From the NCBI GenBank assembly GCA_041746135.1, contig JBGTHQ010000002.1, positions 44,823 to 108,822 of the forward strand: a stretch of DNA of 64,000 bases, read 5' to 3'. This document shows, piece after piece, positions 1-8,358 of this stretch; position 1 is the first letter of the stretch, and every line of letters starts with the position of its first letter. A program made the position numbers and the translations under genes. This stretch comes from Sphingomonadaceae bacterium (lineage in GTDB: Bacteria > Pseudomonadota > Alphaproteobacteria > Sphingomonadales > Sphingomonadaceae). The notes beneath the pieces were generated by a model that was given only the letters and a program-made list of their open reading frames with translations, was not told the origin of the DNA and made no database searches.

Positions 1-220
1 GGCTAGGACCGAGGCAAACCTGTCCGATCTGCGTATCCATGACCTGCGGCACAGTGCGGCATCGTTCATGATCAACTCCGGCGTCAATCTGTTTGCCGTA
101 GGGAAGGTGCTGGGCCATGCCGATCATAAATCGACCATGCGATACAGCCACCTTTCCAATGATACGCTATTGGCAGCTGTCGAGGCAGGAGCTGCACATA
201 TGAAGGGAGCCACGCAATGA
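1..220 (+). CDS. int: Tyrosine recombinase (phage-type integrase), C-terminal fragment; the 5' part lies left of the window
   Basis: Frame 2 reads ARTEANLSDLRIHDLRHSAASFMINSGVNLFAVGKVLGHADHKSTMRYSHLSNDTLLAAVEAG... It has the HDLRH and LGH..(x)..Y catalytic-box pattern of tyrosine recombinases. Stop TGA is at 218-220. Confidence 0.85.
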   Translation, partial: ARTEANLSDLRIHDLRHSAASFMINSGVNLFAVGKVLGHADHKSTMRYSHLSNDTLLAAVEAGAAHMKGATQ

Positions 221-465
221 CTTTGGCCGACCTTCACAAAAACCTTGTCGCATCGGACTGTCACAAGAATGATAGGGTGATTGCGCTCATAACTGCTTGT
301 TTGGAATGCGGTATCAATACATCGGATGCAATAGTCGCTGAGCTAACTACGCTCGGGTATAATCAGCGGCATGTTCGTATCATGCTTGCGAAAAACAAGG
401 GGCATTTGACCAGTAACTACCCATGGCAGCGATCCCATGACGGTCAATATCAGCTGAACAGCTAA
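217..465 (+). CDS. Small hypothetical protein (82 aa) translationally coupled to the integrase
   Basis: Its ATG overlaps the integrase stop (ATGA at 217-220). The ORF is followed directly by a strong intrinsic terminator. No recognisable motif. Confidence 0.45.
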   Translation: MTLADLHKNLVASDCHKNDRVIALITACLECGINTSDAIVAELTTLGYNQRHVRIMLAKNKGHLTSNYPWQRSHDGQYQLNS

Positions 466-473
466 CCTACTCC

Positions 474-523
474 CTCCCCGGATTCACATGGCTAATGCCG
501 CGTGGATTCGGGGAGGTTTTTTA
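474..523 (+). terminator. Rho-independent terminator after the int-orf82 unit
   Basis: A 14-bp stem CTCCCCGGATTCAC / GTGGATTCGGGGAG (two G-U pairs) is followed by GTTTTTTATT. Confidence 0.7.
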
Positions 524-730
524 TTCTGTATTGTTTACGGCACCTTCAATTTTCTTTAAGCATGTATAATTTGCAAATTTTTGAAATTGCAATTCGGCAT
601 TGCCATCCGCAATTTGGTATCACAAATCGTAACTACATCAACTCTGTGGGCTTTATCTATAATTCAATATCGTGATCAAGGCAAAAGCGTACTTAAATAG
701 CTGTTTTTAATTTCAGAACCTGTTATTTGA

Positions 731-1444
731 TCAGGATAATTCTCCGGTCTTCTTTTGAAGCCTGGGAAGAGATATTGCATTACGTTCTTTCATTTTTAAA
801 TTAAATGCTTTCTGTAACTCCTGAATAGAGACCTGTTCGTTTGTTATATCAGCCAGAGATGCGCGAATTAGCTTCGTTCTATATTGTGTTATTTTTGAGT
901 TGAACACGATCCGCAGGGTTTGGCGATCATTTCTCCAACTTTCTGCAGGCAATTGCTCATTTATTTTTTTTCTGCTTTTCTCAAGGCATGAGAGCAACTT
1001 TAAGCAATATTCTTCCAGTTCGAACTTAGAAGATGCATAACAAATTCCCACATCCTCGAATTCCAGATTACCCTCATACCCAAAATAACAAACTACTATT
1101 TTTTTTTTGAACATTGAAGATAAATATCCATCGACGACGCTAAAATATCTTTCTTTTTCACAATATTCGACAAGCAGTGCGTCATCTGGAATTACTGAAT
1201 AAACTTCAGGAATCGATATTAGTGTACATTCAGCACTGTTTATAGTTGATTTTGCCTCTCTGTAATTGACCTGAGGTACTGTCATTTCAATTCTGTCCAG
1301 CCATAGCTTAGTTTGCTCTCCCGCTAAGACGAAATGAAAAAGCTTATTTGCAGTAAGCATGGATACCAGCTTTTTTAGCATATCTGCATCTGCGAGACAG
1401 ACGACTATCGAGTCGAAAAACCGGTCAAGCATTCTGGCCTCCAA
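731..1444 (-). CDS. Hypothetical protein (237 aa), last gene of the peptide/M50 unit
   Basis: Long ORF in an AT-rich island. It overlaps the upstream M50-like gene by 20 nt. I recognise no motif. Confidence 0.55.
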   Translation of the reverse strand: MEARMLDRFFDSIVVCLADADMLKKLVSMLTANKLFHFVLAGEQTKLWLDRIEMTVPQVNYREAKSTINSAECTLISIPEVYSVIPDDALLVEYCEKERYFSVVDGYLSSMFKKKIVVCYFGYEGNLEFEDVGICYASSKFELEEYCLKLLSCLEKSRKKINEQLPAESWRNDRQTLRIVFNSKITQYRTKLIRASLADITNEQVSIQELQKAFNLKMKERNAISLPRLQKKTGELS

Positions 1445-2498
1445 AAATCGATCGAATTTTATTAACTGAGCTCGTAGTAATCCACAGCAGAAAAACTATG
1501 ATTATGACAAGTTGTGCAAGTACAAGACTGTTACTGAGCGAGATGTCCCAATCCGCTTCCTTCAGATTATCTGATAGACGCAGAACCGTTATTGTCATTG
1601 TAGAGAATAAATAAACGTAGAATGAAACTAGCGCGACCGCATAAAGGAAGATTATCTTACCTATGCTTCCCTTCCATTCTCTATTTTTAAAACATAAAAC
1701 TACCGATTTGTGAAGATTAGGAATATTAAACAAATCGGAGATTATCCAATAGCCATCAAACTTGAATATAGGGTTCAACGTTCGCAAAAGTAGCCCAACG
1801 GTTACTACATTGAAGAACAGCAAATCCATTCCGAGAAACGCAAAATTTGTAGTATTTAATATTATTGAATAGGCACTTTGTAACCATATTCCTCCCGCGT
1901 CCACAATAACGCGTTGTTTGGGCGACAATGTCCATGTTTCCGTAACATCAGCAAAAAATGCCGGGAAAACAAAATATAACCCCACGCCGATACGGCCAGG
2001 ATTTTTTCCAAATTTTGACAATGCGGCTGTATGCCCGAACTCATGGATTAAAATTCCGATGAATATCAGCAAAATTGATATTGGGAAATTTCCAGGCACT
2101 CCGGCTGACGCGGGTGTTTGGTCAGCCATCTTGACAAAAGCCAGTATCGCGGCAAACGCGATCAGAGCAACGAACCACCACGAAAAACAAAATCTCAAAT
2201 ATTTAGAGATGCCTTGCACTATGCTAGGCGAAAGAAGGTTCAGCTGAAATTTGATATATGAGGGGCGCTGCTTTGCAGCAGCCTCAACCATTTGGGGATA
2301 TGTCTGCTCCAGAAAACGTCGTGCCTCGACTGTTGGAATATCAGGATGAGCAGATCTTAAATGGCTGTAATATTCTTGAGGAGAATTATCGGCTAAATCA
2401 ACCGCAGTAATAAGCGGAATATACCTGTCAGAAAGCCTCATAAAAGCCGTACCAATTTTCACGGTAATAAAGCCTTTATGCGCGGCGACTATCTCCAT
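1425..2498 (-). CDS. Polytopic membrane zinc metalloprotease, M50/site-2-protease-like, with ~100-aa soluble N-terminal domain
   Basis: HEFGH sits in a hydrophobic segment (ILIHEFGHTAALSKFG), with a second S2P-type motif LNPIFKFDGYW (NPxxxxDG) and several hydrophobic helices. A GAGG RBS precedes the ATG. Confidence 0.7.
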   Translation of the reverse strand: MEIVAAHKGFITVKIGTAFMRLSDRYIPLITAVDLADNSPQEYYSHLRSAHPDIPTVEARRFLEQTYPQMVEAAAKQRPSYIKFQLNLLSPSIVQGISKYLRFCFSWWFVALIAFAAILAFVKMADQTPASAGVPGNFPISILLIFIGILIHEFGHTAALSKFGKNPGRIGVGLYFVFPAFFADVTETWTLSPKQRVIVDAGGIWLQSAYSIILNTTNFAFLGMDLLFFNVVTVGLLLRTLNPIFKFDGYWIISDLFNIPNLHKSVVLCFKNREWKGSIGKIIFLYAVALVSFYVYLFSTMTITVLRLSDNLKEADWDISLSNSLVLAQLVIIIVFLLWITTSSVNKIRSIFGGQNA

Positions 2499-2511
2499 TG
2501 TTTACCTCGAT

Positions 2512-2550
2512 AAAAAAGGAACCGAATTTACTGAAAACTTCGGTTCCTTT
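2512..2550 (-). terminator. Intrinsic terminator/attenuator between the small peptide gene and the M50-like gene
   Basis: Perfect 12-bp stem AAAGGAACCGAA / TTCGGTTCCTTT with a 12-nt loop. On the minus-strand transcript it is followed by a U-run (A6 at 2512-2517 on the plus strand), and it abuts the RBS of the next gene. Confidence 0.6.
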
Positions 2551-2570
2551 AATTTAAGAATATACAGTAT

Positions 2571-2690
2571 TTAGTCTGGGGAACATTTAGACGTGCATTC
2601 GCAGTCCAAGGCTTCCGATGCTGTCACCCCATCACCAGCCATTACTTCCATCTCAAGACGCTCATCCAACATTTCAAATTCGTTCTGCAT
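2571..2690 (-). CDS. Unannotated 39-aa Cys-rich precursor-like peptide (MQNEFEMLDERLEMEVMAGDGVTASEALDCECTSKCSPD)
   Basis: Hand translation of the minus strand gives ATG at 2690 and TAA at 2573-2571, with GAGGG 8 nt upstream of the ATG. The N-terminal half is acidic and leader-like. The C-terminal half carries CxCx3C plus Ser/Thr. A terminator hairpin and a protease gene lie immediately downstream. Confidence 0.5.
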   Translation of the reverse strand: MQNEFEMLDERLEMEVMAGDGVTASEALDCECTSKCSPD

Positions 2691-3028
2691 GATTACTGCC
2701 CTCTAAATGAGTATTAACTATGTAGCAGCCCCCCTTGGACTGCATTGCTAGTAAACGCTCTAAATTAAAATATGTCAATACTGATTGCGCGTTCTGTGAA
2801 ATATTCTATAGGTAGAGTGTTCCTTTACAAAACAAAATGATAATATGTTTTCAGCGTCATTGCAATTATTACTACCAGTAATGTTGTATTTCCGCCATTT
2901 TCAAAATTAGAGATCTGCCTTGTTCTTTCCGTAAACGTAAATCGAAATAAGTGTCTGAAATAATAGAATCAGTCGGTTCTAAATGGCATCATTATTAAAC
3001 TTAAAATAACTTTTCATGGAGAATTTGC

Positions 3029-3844
3029 ATGCGACTCGGTAAATATACGTACTTCACTACTGTAACGAGCGTTGCCCTAACTGGGTGCACGGCCTCAATT
3101 TCACCATCACAATTTTTCTATAGGGATCCGCCAGAAAGGGCATCAACGAACACTTCGGATACTGATTTTGAATTTGCCGATTTCGAGTGCGGGAAATTAT
3201 CTTATACAGTATTGAATTCGGGAAATGGCACCGGCACATTAGTATATTATGGGGGTAATCAATTCAGGCTTTCCGAGGATCTATCCAATCTAAAAAAAGT
3301 ACTGCCGTTTTCGGGCATTAGAACAGCAGTTGCTTTCGATTATCCTGGACGAGGATTGACTACGGGCGATATCACCCCTGAATGTTTTGTCTCAGCATCC
3401 ATCGAAGCAGCCCGCATTGCTCAAAAACTACGCATGAAAAGCGAACCGCTTATTGGTCACGGATTCTCATTTGGTGGAATGATGGTTCCTCAGGTGGCAT
3501 CTAAAATTGTTTTTGATAATCTGATACTGGAGTCAACTGCAGCTTCTCCTGAAGACTGGCTTCGCGCTATGGCACCTCCTGGAATCAAAGTTAGGGTTGA
3601 TCCATCCTTAGACAAATTTCGCTCGATCGAAGCGCTTGAAAATTCAGATGCCAAAATTCTGGTCATTACTGGAACTGAAGATGCGAGTGCTGGGCCTAAG
3701 GTTGCACAGAAATTGTCCGACGCATTGGAAGCAAAAAATAAAACTGTACAACTTCTGATTGTTCCAGGGGCGAAGCATGGAGAGGTTTTTTTCAAGCCTA
3801 GTGCGATTGCCAAATTGCGTCAACTTGCAGTTGGCAAACAATAA
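3029..3844 (+). CDS. Alpha/beta-hydrolase-fold lipoprotein (serine hydrolase)
   Basis: Lipobox VALTGC near the N-terminus, nucleophile elbow GHGFSFGG (GxSxG), and distal GTEDAS and GAKHGE consistent with Asp/His of a triad. Confidence 0.75.
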   Translation: MRLGKYTYFTTVTSVALTGCTASISPSQFFYRDPPERASTNTSDTDFEFADFECGKLSYTVLNSGNGTGTLVYYGGNQFRLSEDLSNLKKVLPFSGIRTAVAFDYPGRGLTTGDITPECFVSASIEAARIAQKLRMKSEPLIGHGFSFGGMMVPQVASKIVFDNLILESTAASPEDWLRAMAPPGIKVRVDPSLDKFRSIEALENSDAKILVITGTEDASAGPKVAQKLSDALEAKNKTVQLLIVPGAKHGEVFFKPSAIAKLRQLAVGKQ

Positions 3845-3878
3845 ATATTGAATGGAATTTTGAGATCAGGAGGCGTCT

Positions 3879-4751
3879 ATGCTTTTGAATAAAATATTTG
3901 GAATGCTGGATATGCGCGGCAAGTTAATCCAAACTCAAATTGCGGATGCGTTAAAATTGAATATCTCGATTGAGGAAATTAATAGTTATCTCCTGTTTGA
4001 TACCATAACAAATTATGCTGCACTTCATATGCCCAAAATCTTCGTGAAAAAACTTGCTGCAGCGTCGATGGTTAATAGTACTCAATACCGGGCATCGCTT
4101 AACACAAATAATGGGGGAATAATTTTATCCGTGCCGCATTACGGTCCGTTTCTGTGGGCATGCATCGGGGCGGGAGAAATCATGCGCGAAGGTAGATCTC
4201 TACGCATTTTTTTCCAAGATCCAGAAGTAAATAAGGGCAACAAAATAATCAATGATACCCTTTCTCGCTTTTTTACGGAGGAAGAAATTTGTTTCGATGA
4301 CAGAAAAGGTTTGGCAAAAGCAGCACGGGCGCTTCAGCAAGGCGGATTGTGTATAATCATGCCAGACGCGTTAAGATCACACGAAAATAGTTTCTTAGTT
4401 CCGTTTCTGAACGGCGAATTTGAAGTTCAACCGGGTGTAGCCACACTCACAAGACTTACCAAAAGCAATATAGTTGCCGCTTATGTGACGAAAATAAGAG
4501 GTTGGAAATATAGCATAGAAACGGAAACTATTTTTCCAATCACCTCGGATGAGTTTTCTGCTTTAGAAAAGGATTACCTAGTTATGCAGGATATTCTCGG
4601 TGCGTTTTCCAATTATTTGCATAAGGAACCCATAGGGTGGAGATTCTGGATGACTTATCAGAGCCGCGTTCTATATAAGAATGAAACGCTCGAAAGCATA
4701 ACCGACAGTAATCTTCTGATGGAAATAAGAAAACTCATAAAGATTTGCTAA
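3879..4751 (+). CDS. LpxL/HtrB-like lipid acyltransferase family protein (tentative)
   Basis: The pattern GGLCIIMPDALRS...FLVPFLNGEFEVQPGVATLTRLTKSNIVAAYV resembles the lauroyl/myristoyl acyltransferase family core. However PHYGPFL lacks the acidic residue of the HX4D/E motif. Confidence 0.45.
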   Translation: MLLNKIFGMLDMRGKLIQTQIADALKLNISIEEINSYLLFDTITNYAALHMPKIFVKKLAAASMVNSTQYRASLNTNNGGIILSVPHYGPFLWACIGAGEIMREGRSLRIFFQDPEVNKGNKIINDTLSRFFTEEEICFDDRKGLAKAARALQQGGLCIIMPDALRSHENSFLVPFLNGEFEVQPGVATLTRLTKSNIVAAYVTKIRGWKYSIETETIFPITSDEFSALEKDYLVMQDILGAFSNYLHKEPIGWRFWMTYQSRVLYKNETLESITDSNLLMEIRKLIKIC

Positions 4752-4860
4752 CAGCATTTTATTAACAATAAACAAAGCAGCAAGATAGCATTGAAAATTC
4801 ATGGTAATTATGACAGACTGTGTAATTTGAAAAATTAGGGTACAAACTCATATTAAGGGC

Positions 4861-5874
4861 TTGATTTATTGCTGTGGGATTAATTCAACTTCCCTCGAAA
4901 AAAGCCATCTGCCCGCCAAGCAGACGCTGGACACGCTCGGCATCGCCCTGTCTACCTTCTACCGCTGGTATGATCTGTGCGAGCGCAGTTTCGGCGAAGA
5001 GGCACTGGAAGACCGGCGGCCGGGACCGCGCCGGGCATGGAACCGGATCCCGGAGGAGGTGCAAGACAATATCCTGGACATGGCGCTGGAACGCTGCGAG
5101 CTGAGCCCGCGAGAACTGGCGGTGACGTTCACCGATGAGCAGCGCTACTTTGTATCCGAAGCCAGCGTTTACAGGCTCTTGAAGCGCCATTACCTGATCA
5201 CCAGCCCCAACGTTATTGTAATGAAGGCAGCCAGCGAGTTCAAGGATAATACGACCGCGCCCAACCAGCTATGGCAGACCGACTTTACCTACTTTAAAAT
5301 CATTGGTTGGGGCTGATATAACCTGTCGACGATCCTCGACGATTACTCGCATTACATTATTAGCTGGAAGCTGTGCACGAAGATGCGGGCTGAGGATGTC
5401 ACCGATACGCTGGAGCTAGCGCTGGACGCCTCTGGCTGTGACCAAGCGCATGTGCTGCACAAACCACGCCTGCTATCGGACAATGGCCCCAGTTACATTG
5501 CTGGTGAGCTTGCCGACTATCTGGCCGACAAAAACATGCGCCATGTTCGCGGTGCATTCTTCCATCCGCAAACCCAAGGCAAGATCGAACGCTGGCATCA
5601 GACGCTTAAAAACCGCATCCTGCTGGAAAACTATTACCTGCCCGGCGATCTGGAGGCGCAGGTCGATGCGTTCGTCGAACATTATAATCACCAGCGCTAT
5701 CACGAGAGCTTGAAAAACATCACACCCGCCGATGCCTACTTCGGCAGGGCAGAAGCCACCATCAACAGGCGAGAAAGGATCAAACGTAAACCATCGAGCA
5801 TCGGCGCTTGCAATACCGCAAACAAGCCGCATAATATCAACCAACAGATGGAACCAAATACTCGCCTATTTTAA
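4861..5874 (+). pseudogene. DDE (rve) transposase pseudogene: N-terminally truncated and interrupted by one in-frame TGA (5314-5316)
   Basis: ORFs 4861-5316 and 5383-5874 are in the same frame. Read through the stop, the sequence is ...LWQTDFTYFKIIGWG*YNLSTILDDYSHYIISWKL...SDNGPSY...ERWHQTLK..., typical of an integrase core. Confidence 0.75.
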
Positions 5875-5915
5875 ATGACCGTGTGTCTCAAATTATCTGA
5901 CGACGGACACTCGAG
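4891..5915 (+). mobile_element. Decayed IS remnant (DDE/rve transposase type), 5'-truncated; boundaries approximate
   Basis: Base composition switches abruptly from AT-rich to GC-rich near 4891. It encodes an rve-type transposase. No matching left inverted repeat is visible. Confidence 0.65.
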
Positions 5916-5989
5916 CACCTCGCCGCAAGTATATTCCAGAGTGGAGACTGACCTGAGTGGTATGCTCTGATTGAGTATATTATTTAAGC

Positions 5990-6330
5990 TGTCTAGAATA
6001 AATCACTCTGTAATGGGTCTGCTGCAGGTCGAATTTCAAGATCCCATCCTACCAAAGCATTTTTAATAGGAAAACACCCTCACTAAAATTCTACGCACTT
6101 TGGGTATCGCGTGGGTCGAATGTCAATGATCGGTCGGAAACACTATTAATCTGCTGTATTATATAGCTTATATCTCCCCTTAGACTAGCCTTCGTAATGC
6201 GGGGGTCAGAGGTTCGAATCCTCTAAGCGGCACCATTATTTCACTAGGATAAATCGAGATTGGCTGGCGAAAGGCCGGAAACGTGGATGCGTGTGTGGGT
6301 ATGGCGTGGGTGGGAGTTTGACTTGGTAAA
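5990..6330 (+). repeat. att-like direct repeat, copy A: conserved left arm, 3' half of a tRNA-Thr(CGU)-like gene (6191-6235), conserved right arm (6236-6330)
   Basis: 6191-6235 reads TTCGTAA (anticodon loop, CGT), TGCGG, GGGTC (variable loop), AGAGG-TTCGAAT-CCTCT (T-arm), AAGCGGC-A-CCA. No matching 5' acceptor or D-arm lies upstream. Both arms align by eye with copy C, and the right arm aligns with copy B. Confidence 0.75.
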
Positions 6331-6432
6331 ATATTTCCCTTTGCACTAACTTGTGGCCGCTAATAAGCCCGTAGCGGACTGTCTCTTATGAAGCAGTAGG
6401 GCACCCTGACCGGACATTCGGCTTCGACCCAA

Positions 6433-6786
6433 TTGCGGACAGTCGTCGGATTGTGTAGAATGGCGAGCATGACCGGGAATATTGTCGTTATTTTCACAAT
6501 ACTGTCCTTTCTAGCAGTTCAGGGTGGGATAATCTTTGTTACCGCGTGTTTGCTGAGAAAGGCGATCAGAAGCAGACTAACTCTTTCCAAACCAAGAGCG
6601 ATCCTGTTGTCCTATTGTTTCTGGATAGTATTTATGCTGGCAAGTGTTCTTCTCGACGGTGAATTTGGCTTCTTTGACGGTGGAGGTACAGTGTTATTCG
6701 CATGCCTAACGGGACTGGCTAGCGCGACCATTTACCTCAGAGTATGGCAAAGGCACGAAATTCGATCCACGCGCAACATACTATGA
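6433..6786 (+). CDS. Small integral membrane protein, hypothetical
   Basis: 117-aa ORF with three or four hydrophobic helices. The start is uncertain (TTG, or a downstream ATG). Confidence 0.45.
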   Translation: MRTVVGLCRMASMTGNIVVIFTILSFLAVQGGIIFVTACLLRKAIRSRLTLSKPRAILLSYCFWIVFMLASVLLDGEFGFFDGGGTVLFACLTGLASATIYLRVWQRHEIRSTRNIL

Positions 6787-6932
6787 CTGCTTCCCACACA
6801 TAATCGGACATTCACACATTCCTTGCGTTTCGCCAAAAGCGGATTGGCAGCTAATCCCGCCTTTCAGATAAAACCTGCCTGTAAGCTAACGACCCACTTG
6901 CTGACATATCGATCATTGAGTAGCAACGACAA

Positions 6933-7415
6933 ATGAGCTCGGTTCCCAGCAGTATGATAAAGGTCTTTGAAGCCGCAGGGTGGATAGACGGTCGCCAAAT
7001 TAATTTAGCTTCAACCTTACCTGCAGGTCATCCTGCTCATGCCATTTTGACTGAATTGAGCGGAATCACTCTTACGAACCTCGCACCTAATTTATGCTCC
7101 GTTGTGTTTCGGCACGTGTCTGAAAGTGCGCCGGACTTACACACTTGGGAGGCGGCATTGGGTGCGGATATGGTCGGTATCGCCGAAGTGGATGATGGCC
7201 ATGCCACACTATATTTGAGCAGCCGTGGACACGTTATCGGGTGCAGCAACATCCACGATGCTTACTTTTTGGTCGGCCGGACTATTGGCGAGGCTATTGG
7301 AAGCGGTAGGCGCGCTAAGCCGATGCTGCTTCCTGGCGAGAGTGAAGTTATGCTTTATGGTAGTACCTTTTGTCAGGGCGACGTAGAGGTGATTGGACCG
7401 GACGAACTTACTTAA
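6933..7415 (+). CDS. SUKH-3-like immunity-type protein (tentative)
   Basis: The N-terminal pattern FEAAGWIDGRQI....AILTELSGITL resembles the SUKH-3 family signature as I remember it (L..AGW..GR ... L.E.GG.). Confidence 0.5.
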   Translation: MSSVPSSMIKVFEAAGWIDGRQINLASTLPAGHPAHAILTELSGITLTNLAPNLCSVVFRHVSESAPDLHTWEAALGADMVGIAEVDDGHATLYLSSRGHVIGCSNIHDAYFLVGRTIGEAIGSGRRAKPMLLPGESEVMLYGSTFCQGDVEVIGPDELT

Positions 7416-7568
7416 GCTCATATACAATTCCGATGTCCACGGACCAGCAGCTTTCACCAAATATCGTAAGTGCGCTGATCTGACGCTCATTGCCAAGAGC
7501 GGCCATTCAGCAGTGCCACGCACACGGTGGTCAGTCGCGTAAAATCGGGTATCTTATATGAAGTTCAG

Positions 7569-7802
7569 CTATTCCGATCGCGCTTCCAGCAACATTGATA
7601 GGTCAACACCAAGCGCAACTGCCAATCTACCCAACGCAGCCACGGATGGATTACGTAACCCGCGCTCAACCTCACTAACATAACCACGTTCCATGCTGGC
7701 CTTCACAGCCAATTGCTCTTGGGTCATGCCCTTTTGCAATCTGTAATGCCGAACATTCTTACCAAATAGACTGACCAAATTCATGATCTGATTTGGACGC
7801 AT
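7569..7802 (-). CDS. XRE-family helix-turn-helix transcriptional regulator (77 aa)
   Basis: LRLQKGMTQEQLAVKASMERGYVSEVERGLRNPSVAALGRLAVALGV is a canonical HTH_3 pattern. Confidence 0.85.
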   Translation of the reverse strand: MRPNQIMNLVSLFGKNVRHYRLQKGMTQEQLAVKASMERGYVSEVERGLRNPSVAALGRLAVALGVDLSMLLEARSE

Positions 7803-7894
7803 TCATGCGCTCAGGTCTGTGCGCCAAACGTTACTTTTTACTAGCATTGCCTCAAAACGGCGATAAACATCAACTCAACTGAAAGGAAAATATA

Positions 7895-8296
7895 ATGCTG
7901 AATGATGAAAGCCTCAAAAATATCGAGAGGCTACACGAAATGAAAAACAGCGGAATTTTGTCAGAGGCAGAGTTTGAAGAAGCCAAGCAAAAGCTTTTGA
8001 GCGGAGGGAATCCGCTCATTTCTTTCAAGCACGGCAGTCGATCGGCAAGCATGGTTCGAATCGTCGACGAGAGGCCCGACCTGCTGTTCAAAACCATTCT
8101 GCAAAAAGGAATGCGGTTCGAAGCCTTGCCAGATGAAGAAACTATTCCGCCCGATGAAGACACGGCTGAATTCAAGGTTGCCTATGAACGTGCGCAGCTG
8201 ACCAATGAAGCCTTTCTCGCAGAGACTGAAACATTAAGCGATGACGAAGCAGAGCCCAGCGCTGGGACACTGCAGAACAAACCCTGCGCGGTGTAG
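7895..8296 (+). CDS. SHOCT-domain protein
   Basis: The N-terminal LHEMKNSGILSEAEFEEAKQKLL matches the SHOCT short domain. The rest is acidic and low-complexity. Confidence 0.65.
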   Translation: MLNDESLKNIERLHEMKNSGILSEAEFEEAKQKLLSGGNPLISFKHGSRSASMVRIVDERPDLLFKTILQKGMRFEALPDEETIPPDEDTAEFKVAYERAQLTNEAFLAETETLSDDEAEPSAGTLQNKPCAV

Positions 8297-8358
8297 TGCG
8301 TGAGGAACTGGGGCTGCTTCCTGGATTGCTAGGCGCCGCGCCAATGGGTGGAAATCCT

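Noticed and set aside
6160-6235. Possible intact tRNA gene or tmRNA 3' end at copy A
   Set aside because: Only the anticodon loop through CCA is tRNA-like. The required 5' acceptor strand (GCCGCTT), D-arm and 5' anticodon-stem strand (CCGCA) are absent. The acceptor has C3-G70 rather than the G3-U70 needed for tmRNA/Ala identity, so it is an att-site fragment.
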